This document shows positions 55,828 through 64,000 of a DNA stretch of 64,000 nt, in pieces. Both the position numbers and the translations under genes were made by a program. The stretch lies in the NCBI RefSeq assembly GCF_009914755.1, contig NC_060929.1. One strand, written 5' to 3'. The notes under the pieces are model-generated. The model had not been told where the DNA came from, searched no databases, and worked only from the letters and a program-made list of their open reading frames with translations. The DNA is from the human T2T-CHM13v2.0 reference genome, Homo sapiens. Each line of letters begins with the position of its first letter. Within the stretch, counting starts at the first letter, position 1.

Positions 55828-55859
55828 GTCTGGGCTGGGTTCTTGTGTGCACTGAACTC

Positions 55860-56260
55860 ACAGTGCTTGGAGGGAATTGGTACCATGGCATACAAACAGG
55901 GTGGAAATACAATCACAATGTGTTGACGTGTGCTGTGCTGTGGCAGCAAAGAGGAAGTGGCTTATTCTGCCAGAGGGCATCATGAAAACTCTCTGCCCAC
56001 CTTAGGGGGATGCATTTTGAATGAGTGGCAGGGGTTCTCTAGAGATCCAGGCCAGAAGGAACAACATGTGTAAAGACATAGATTTATGAAAACACAGGAT
56101 CCAGTTCAGAAAAGGCCAAGAAATTCATTGTTGCTATAGAAACATTGAGCTGGTAGTGGGTACTCAAGGGAGGTGAAAATTGAAAGGTAGACAGAAACAG
56201 ATTATAAAGGGTCTGTATTTGCCACATTTAGAGGATTTGACTTTATTCTGGAGATCATTT
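55860..56260 (-). mobile_element. L2 fragment
   Basis: ccaggccagaaggaacaacatgtgtaaagacatag...gaggatttgactttattct. Confidence 0.6.
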
Positions 56261-57297
56261 TAAAATATATACATTGACTTTTTTTTCTTTCCAAATTATA
56301 AAAGTAATACATACTCACTATGAAAATTTTAAAAGTGTTAAATGGAGGAGGGAATCACCCATAATCCTACCTCCAATGAGGACCACTGTGAACATTTTCA
56401 GTCATCATTTCAGATACACATACACATATACACACACACTTACAGGCCCAGATATGCAGATGGTCTTGATACTTGCTGTTCTCATTTAACTGCATGTTGT
56501 GAACATTTTCCATCTCATTAGAATTTATAAAGCCTGCATGTATCTCATCCTATAGCTATATCAAAATTTTTTAACCAATCTTCTACTGTGAGATATTAGA
56601 CTACTTGTAATTTTTCCACATTTTAATGAAGCTATAAAGAATATAGGTGATGAATTCATTTTGCATAGTTGCTCACTTTTTACCATAATTTAAAATCACA
56701 ATTTCTGATTCAAAGAGAATACAGATGTTAAAGTCTTTCACATGTATGGCAAAATTGCTCTTGAGAAAGCCCGTACCCATTAAGATACCACTTAATAGGG
56801 CATAAAAGCATTGATTTCCTCATTCCCTTGCCATTATTGGTTATTGCAATTTTTATAATTTTTGCCAATGTGTTCTCCAAAACTAATACATTATCAATAT
56901 TTCACATGCTCTTTGTTACTACAAGAGCATTTTTTTTTTATGTTCATTGACCTTTTGATTTTCTTCTTTTGTGAAATGCCTGTCCCCGTTCTAGGATCAT
57001 TTTTCTATTAGGATATATATATATATTTTTCTGATTTATAAAAGCTCCTCATATATTAATGATATGAACTTTTGTCTCACAAATACTTTTTCCAGCTTGT
57101 TAATTATTTGTAATTTTGTTTATGGTAATTGCAGGCATAAACAAGTGTTTAATTTCTACATGAGCAAGACCATCAATCTTTTATGTTTAAAAAGGTAATC
57201 TCTGAGATCCAGTAACTATTTGCCTTAATATCTTTTAATTATTTGACACATCATACATTTATTCACTGTATGGGTGAAATAAGAACCTAGTTCACCC

Positions 57298-57775
57298 CGT
57301 CACAGGCTGAATAATGACCACCCAAAGATTTCAGGTCCTAATCAGTGGAACCTGTAAATGTTACCATATAAGTGAAAGAAGACCTTGACAGTGTATTAAG
57401 GATCTTGACCTAGCAGAGTATCCTGGACTATTCAGGTGTCCATTAATCCAATCACAGGTGTCCTTGTAATAGAGAGACAGAGGGAGGTTTGACACACACA
57501 GAAGAGGGGAAGGCAATGTGAAAATGGGGGCAGAGATTGGAGTGATGTGGCCACAAGCCAAGGAACACCAGCTGCCACCAGAAACTGGGAGAGGCAAGGA
57601 ACAGATTCTTGCCTAGTGCCTCCAGAGGGAGCTTAGCCTTGTGAACACTGATTTTGGCTTAGTGAAACTGATTTGGGACTTCTGGCCTCCAGATTTGTGG
57701 GAGAACAAATTTCTGTCACTTTAAGCCACCAAATTTGTGTTAATTTGTTACATCAGCCACAAGAAATGAATATAA
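57298..57775 (+). mobile_element. MLT1C/D-like solo LTR
   Basis: ggctgaataatgaccacccaaaga...gcagagattggagtgatgtggccacaagccaagga...; TSD caccc/cacct. Confidence 0.9.
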
Positions 57776-57863
57776 CACCTCATCAAATAGTTTTCCTAAA
57801 ACCATAAAGAATCCTTCTCTTACTTGTCTGAAATGTCACCTCTTTCACATATAAAATATTTAT

Positions 57864-58368
57864 GGGTAGCAGTCAACAAGTCCCCACCAGCTGCTGGTTA
57901 CTGGGCGTAAATTTGTCTGAACTAAAACCTAATTGCTATATTCATCCAGGTTGCAAATTCACGGAGAATCACCAGCTCATGATCACCAGCAGCTGAGCAT
58001 GCGAGCCAGGAGCACTGGGGTTTTGAGAACTGAGCGCCACTGCAGGATTTTACACCTGGCAGCAGCAGCTCAGCCCAAGAGGTGGCAACACACCCAGAAG
58101 AGTGTCAGTCCCACAGACATGAGCCATCATCAATACGGACTCTGAATCCTCAACGGCTTCAACATTTATTGCAGAAACATGCTCGCCTGGTGCATCAAGG
58201 AGGCCATTCTTCTCAATAGAGCTGAGAGATGTCTCTGGCAACTTTTTTCTGGGACAGGCACATTTGGTATCATTTATTAAATTATTGAGTTTCCTGGCAT
58301 TGTCCCTTGCCAACCTGCCCAACAGGAACTTATATATCTTTTAATAAATTTCCTTTTATAAAAAGTGT
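57864..58368 (+). pseudogene. Probable processed retrocopy, parent unidentified
   Basis: GC-richer unique insert splitting the L1ME; AATAAA at 58343-58348, short A run at 58360-58364; possible TSD atatt(t/c)at. Confidence 0.55.
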
Positions 58369-58765
58369 ATATTCATATATACATGTGTTTGTTCCTGTTT
58401 TTTTTAACCCATCAGTCTATTCTTATATCAGTAAGCATCATTTTAATTATTTTATCTTTTAAATTTCATATCTGGCAAAACCAGTATTCCCTAATTTTTT
58501 TAACAAAATTTATTATTCTTAACTAGTCTTCCAGATAATAGAAGATTTAGAATGGCTTTTTTAAAGTTCTTTTTAAAAATTTCGTTTATGAATACATGAA
58601 GTTTACAAATTAATTTGGAAAAAAATTATCTTTTCAAAAGATTATTTGTTTCAATTCAAAATTAGATGTCTATTATTAAACCTTGTTTTATGTCCCACAG
58701 GAACTCTTAAAATTTCCTTCATACACTTCCTGCACATTTCTTAAGTTTCTATCTAGTGTGTCTGA

Positions 58766-59099
58766 TCTCCCTCCTGTCCTTCCTTTCCTTCCTTTCCCTC
58801 CTGTCCTTCCTTTCCTTCCTTCCTACCTTCTTCCCTCCCTCCCCTTCCTCCCTCCCTTCCTCTCTTCCTTCCTCCCTTCCCTTCCCTCCCTTTCTCCCTC
58901 CCTCCCTTTCTCCCTCCCTTTCTCTCTCCCTCCTTCCCTCCTTCCTTCCTTCCCTCCCTCTTCCCTTCCTCCCTTCCTCCCTTCCCTCCCTCCCTCTTTC
59001 CTTCCTCCCTCCCTTTTTTCCTCCCTTCCTCTGTGCCTTCTTCTCCATTCTCTCTCCCTCCCTCTCTGCCTTCCTCCTTCCTTTTTTCTTTCTTTTCTT
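58766..59099. repeat. ~330-bp polypyrimidine/polypurine (CCTT/CCCT) tract
   Basis: Almost pure C/T on the + strand; begins with a 27-bp tandem duplication. Confidence 0.97.
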
Positions 59100-59940
59100 G
59101 GTGTTTATACAGTGTTTTTGAGCAGAGGAGTGACATATGATTTCTTCTTTGGCAGCTAATTTTAATTTCTAACTTTGTTTTGTTATTTTCATAGGCTAAT
59201 ACTGAAACTCATTTTTAGGCTCCAGCAGATGCTGTGTGGGTGGTGGCAAGAGGTAGTGCAAGTTTAAGATGGTGGGGACAAAGCCTGAAATTTTTAATTA
59301 GCTCTTTATAATCAAGGGATCATTATTCATATATTTTGAAATTGCATCCAGCAGGACCTTATGACTTTTTAAAAAGAGAAAAATAGCTCTCAAAAAGCAG
59401 CAATTAGAAGCTTTGTGAAATCCAATCAATTGTGTGTGTGTGTTTTTTTACCTCCTTGCTTTAGATGAGGGAGGAAAACTTCTATGCATCAGTATGATCT
59501 CTGAGCCCCACTCCAGCCTCAATCATGCTTTACATTATAAATCTAGGCATTAGGAAAGCTTTAGAAGAAGAGGTAGCCTACTCATCAGGTCTGAGAAATA
59601 GCCCTCTGATCACATCTGCCAAACTAAGACAGTTACAAGACAGAATTTGGTGAAGACCTACTCTGTAAAAAGATAGAAGAAAGATATGATTTCATTTTTA
59701 TCCATGACAGAAATGGGCAGAATAAAAGAAACCAGTCTCTCCTTCATTTTTCCCATCCTAAGTGAATAGAAAATGTTGGGTAGAAAAACTGAAGGCAATG
59801 ATTCCAGGCTTGGAATAAAATGAAGTAGATGTTTTAATGGCACCTCATCTTAGGTGCCACATTAATGATCACTAAAGATTGATTAATGTTGGTGATAATG
59901 ACCATAATATCATTTTTATTAAAGTGCAAGAGCAATCTGT

Positions 59941-59961
59941 AAAAAAAAAAAAAAAAAAAAA
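59941..59961. repeat. Poly(A)21
   Basis: Read directly. Confidence 0.95.
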
Positions 59962-61099
59962 GCTTCTGAGCTAAGCAGACTTTAACTAATCAACACCCTG
60001 CCAAGGAAAAGGGAACATTCTGCCAGAATTTAAGCTGAAAAAAAGAAAGTCCTCAGGCAAGTTTATATAAAACCCAAGAAAAGTGATACATAATAAATTA
60101 AATATACTGAAATAAGCAAAGCATGAATATTTAATCACTTGGCTATTTTAATTTAAAGGGAGCTGTAAGACCAACCAAGGCTCACTCACATAGGATGGAA
60201 AGTTTAAGCCTTGATTGGCAGTACCAGAAGCTGTCCTGAATCTTTCTTTATTCAGGAGACTGGCAAACATTACATGGCACCAACATGGAATCAAGCTGCA
60301 GGCCAAGCCAAAGGTTTGCCAGGGACTGACTGCATCCCAGAATCAACGTGGCTGAGCGACTTGGATGCAGAACATGCAGCGCATCTAGCTTCTTGCATCA
60401 CTGGAAGCTTGCAGGTGCCAAATGACAAGACAGAACCTTCTGTTGGTATCCTGGGATGAGGCCAGCCCCCTTAAAGAGACCAGTTCTCCTAGATTAAACC
60501 GCAAAGCAGAGATGAGTGCAAACACATCTAAGAACTAACCATTCTGTGGACTGAATGGGTGAACAATGAGTAATGGGTTCAGAGAGAGCAGCTGAGGAAG
60601 GTGCCCAGAGAGGCAACATGGGGATCCCACTGCCATACAGAGGGACGCCTGTTCCAGCTTCAGCAAAAGGAGGCTCTATGTTTTGGGGAAGGTTATTTTC
60701 CCTCTCTGGGCCTCCATTTCCATCTGTGTTTGAAACCCTGCCCTTTGTGAATTATAGCAAATCGATTCCACACCCCTCCATTCTATGTCCTGTCAGAAGT
60801 CCAAGGACATGCTCTCCGATATTTCTGTACGCAAAATAGCAAACAATTCTCTGCCCTCATGAGGTTAACTATCTGGGAGGGAGAATGGATCCAAGACAAA
60901 ATAGTAGGAAAAAGACAAAATAGTAGGAAAGCGTAGGAAAAAGAGGGGACATGTACTGACTGGTCCGTGTCCTGAGGGAATATCTCGTAGAGCTGCAGAA
61001 AGATGGCAAGAAGCAGAGATGAGTGGAAGATGGCTTTGCAAACCACAGGAGACCAACGACGTCTGTATTGTGGTATGGGAAAGAGGTTCCAATACACTT

Positions 61100-61320
61100 A
61101 TAAGATGGGTACTCCCTACCTGGCACTGGACTAAGAGCTTACTATGCATGATTTTATTTTAACCTCCTACAGTTCTGTGAGATAGGTGTTATCATCCCAT
61201 TTTATAGATGAGAAAACAGACTCAGGCTAGGGAACTTGCTAAAAGGAAAAAGTGAATGAGCGCCAGAGCTGGCACCCAAACTCCAGCCTCTGCTCCAAAC
61301 TCACGCTCTTTAGCACCACC
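61100..61320 (-). mobile_element. MIR
   Basis: gtgagataggtgttatcatcccattttatagatgagaaaacagactcag. Confidence 0.85.
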
Positions 61321-62906
61321 CTATAATCTTTCCAGTAGCAGAGGGGGCCAGTCAGTCAGTCCAGCATTTAAAAATATTATCTGATCTATGTGGATTCAGA
61401 ACTGGTGGATAGGTCTGGGAAGAGCCTATGGTCTTATTTGACTATGTTAGAGCTTACATATATCTACAATAGGTATTGCTTAAAATGCAGAGAGGTAGTG
61501 GATTCTTGAAAATAATCATTATAATTTGACAGGTAGCACTAGAAAATATCAGCTAAAGCAACAAATCAAAGTACTTAATAGTATAAGCAAAAATAGACTT
61601 TTGATACTAGCAGAACACAGTAAAATGCTTTGTAGTTCTACAGGTTTTTCTGCTTAATTGCTTAGTGTTTCCCCAAAATTCTTGTAAACCTCTCTATGTC
61701 TTCATTCTTTTAAGTTGCCCCATTGTCTCTGGGTAATGTGTAATGTAATAGAAACCTCTAGAAAATGTTTCTTTCTTCCCAATACTATCACCAGAGTATT
61801 CTGTATTTATCTCATTTCAAGGAAAATGAAGCACAGAGAAATTGACTATGCCCTGTATACGCACTAAGGGATCGGGGCACAGAAAGGGGAGAAGTCGTGC
61901 AGGGATTCTAATGATCAAACCTGTATCTTTTATGAGATGCAAGTCATTCCTTTGCAATCAGTAGGCAGAAAAAAATCCAAGTTTCCTCAGAAGAAATTAC
62001 CTACACAAACAGATTCTTACCGGTGGACCTAAAATGCTTTTCACAGGCAATAGTGAAACAGAGGAAATTCACGCTGGCAGGCTTTTTTCCTTGTAAGCTT
62101 TGTAAATGTGAAGGCAAGGGGGATAAATGAGAAGAAATAAAAGCTTTCTTTAAGTCTTACTTACTAATGGTTTTTGTCACAGCTTTATAAAAACAGCTCA
62201 GGTCTAATCAAAAGTGCAATTTGGCTGGACTTTTACAGCATCAACAGCCTTAGGAGAACACATTTCACTCCTAAAGTTGACATTTAAGCAATGCCCCTTG
62301 GTCTGGCCTTCAGAACCACAGCCCACCTTTAAAAACCAGGGTTGGGCCCTGGGTGGAGCTCTCCATGCCTCAGGTTACCTTCTTGCACTCCTTGGGTGGA
62401 ATATTAAAATATGACCAGCCCAGTTTCTCAGTGCTTCTCCTGGGCAAAGGCATTTCATCATGGGCACACTAGTCGGAGTTAGCTGGGCCCTGCCTCTTCC
62501 GTGACTGTGTGGTTTCCCGACTTGGGCCCATTAAACTGAAATAATAGTCAGTTATTAAATTGTGTTCAGATACTAAATCCATTGGTGTGCATTTAACTAA
62601 GTCTGGGTTGTGTTTATAAATGGTGAGGGATGGAAGCTGGCCTAATTTTTTTCTTTGAAAAATAACGGTAAAGGAGGATTTTCCTTTATAGTGCATATTT
62701 ATATTTATACTATATATTATATAATACACATTAATATAAATTATGTATTTATGCTATTATATTTACTATATTGCTTGAACTTTTACAATTAGAATATATC
62801 CATTGTGTAATTTAACAGACATTTGGAAAAAGGTGAAGGTCACATTAATGTTCAGAGTTTTTAAAAATAGCATGGATAGGTTCATTTCAAAGAAAGCTCT
62901 GGATAC

Positions 62907-63258
62907 TGTATTAGTCCCTTTTTTTGCCACTAATAAAGACATACCCAAGACTGGGTAATTTCAAAAGAAAGAGGTTTAATGGACTCACAGTTCCACGTGG
63001 CTTACAATCATGGCGGAAGGCGAAAGGCACATCTTACATGGAGGCAGGCAAGAGAGAGAATGAGAACGAAGTGAAAGGGGAAACCCCTTATAAAAACCAT
63101 CAGATCTTGTGAGACTTATTCACTACATGAGAACAGTATGGGGGAAACAGCCCCTATGATTCAATTATCTCCCACTGGGTTCCTCCCACAACATGCGGGA
63201 ATTATAGGAGCTACAATTCAAGATGAGGTTTGGGTGGGGACACAGCCAAACCGTGTGA
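62907..63258 (-). mobile_element. THE1B-like MaLR solo LTR
   Basis: tgtattagtcc...ataaagacatacccaagactgggtaattt...tgggtggggacacagccaaacc; TSD gatac/gatgc. Confidence 0.93.
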
Positions 63259-63379
63259 GATGCACTGATTAAGAAGACTTTATAGCAGACCATCCATAAT
63301 CATACTTTGCAGAGGTAGCCTCTGATGATACTTAGATGTATGGCATTTCATCCTTTTATTGTTCTCCTAAAGATATACA

Positions 63380-64000
63380 CATATACACATATATAGAATT
63401 ACATATTTGCTGTTTTGAAACTATCCTATGCTCTTTCACCTAAAAATATATTATAAATGCCTTTGCATTTGTGGAAAAAAATTTATATATAAATATATAT
63501 ATATATGCATATACATACATGCACCAACCTAATATATGAAATATGAAATAAATTTTAAAGTGGCAAAGTATTTCATTGTTACTTGACCCTGTTAATCCCA
63601 GATTTTTCTAATATAAACAATACTGAAAATAATATTTCTGTCCAAACATTTTTGTGCTCATGCCCTGTTACCATCATGGGATAAACCCCCATATAAAAAA
63701 TTGCTGGATCAAAGGGCATATCTTTTCAAAGGCTTTCCACACCTATTGCCAAATTGCTCTCCAGAAAAGTACTGTTTCTTCCTCCAGCGGTGTGTGAGAG
63801 TCCATTTCCCCAGGCTCCAGACAATGTGGGCATTAGAATTCTTTTTACTCTTTACCAATTTGATAGGCAAAAATGAAATGATGACTCATTGTTTTTATTT
63901 GATAGGCAAATATAAAATGGTGCATTATTACTTTTGTTAAAGAAATTATATCCTCATATTTTTCCTGTTGGACTGTTTATCCTTTCTAATTTAGTTGCAG
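63380..64000 (-). mobile_element. Old L1ME-type fragment
   Basis: aattgctggatcaaagggcata...attgccaaattgctctccagaaa. Confidence 0.65.

Larger units (their letters stand above)
56275..59160 (-). mobile_element. Old L1ME-type LINE in pieces (hosts MLT1, retrocopy and pyrimidine tract)
   Basis: ttttcttcttttgtgaaatgcctgt, ctgaaatgtcacctct...catatatacatg, ttttatgtccc...tcctgcacatttcttaagttt. Confidence 0.7.

Noticed and set aside
57950-58230. NUTF2 or GIY-YIG (Penelope-like) identity for the retrocopy
   Set aside because: Only a few residues resemble either, and the motif spacing does not fit; left unassigned.
58683-59159. GRE-rich and LPS-rich ORFs
   Set aside because: Translation artefacts of the polypyrimidine tract.

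Overview
Primate (human-like, catarrhine) genomic DNA, intergenic or deep-intronic, roughly half transposon-derived. I recognise no intact protein-coding gene. The ORFs in the track are L1 ORF2 fragments, Alu/LTR/low-complexity artefacts or chance ORFs. Content: four dimeric Alus (one cut by the window edge) plus Alu fragments, a 7SL RNA retrocopy, a 3.8-kb 5'-truncated L1PA, older L1MA/MB/MC/ME pieces, many L2/MIR relics, MaLR/ERVL solo LTRs (MLT1, MLT2, THE1B), hAT MITEs and simple repeats. Subfamily names are recalled from consensus sequences by eye and need RepeatMasker confirmation. The most unusual items are retrotransposition by-products: (1) a ~1.05-kb L1PA4-like element that is both spliced in its 5'UTR and missing ORF1 and nearly all of ORF2, with no TSD; (2) a FLAM monomer and a 7SL copy stacked on a triplicated target site, mimicking an Alu dimer; (3) an unidentified ~500-bp polyadenylated retrocopy inside an old L1; (4) a probable Alu deletion scar; (5) an inverted homologous L1 patch inside an L1MB. 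I see no evidence of a novel multi-gene system.
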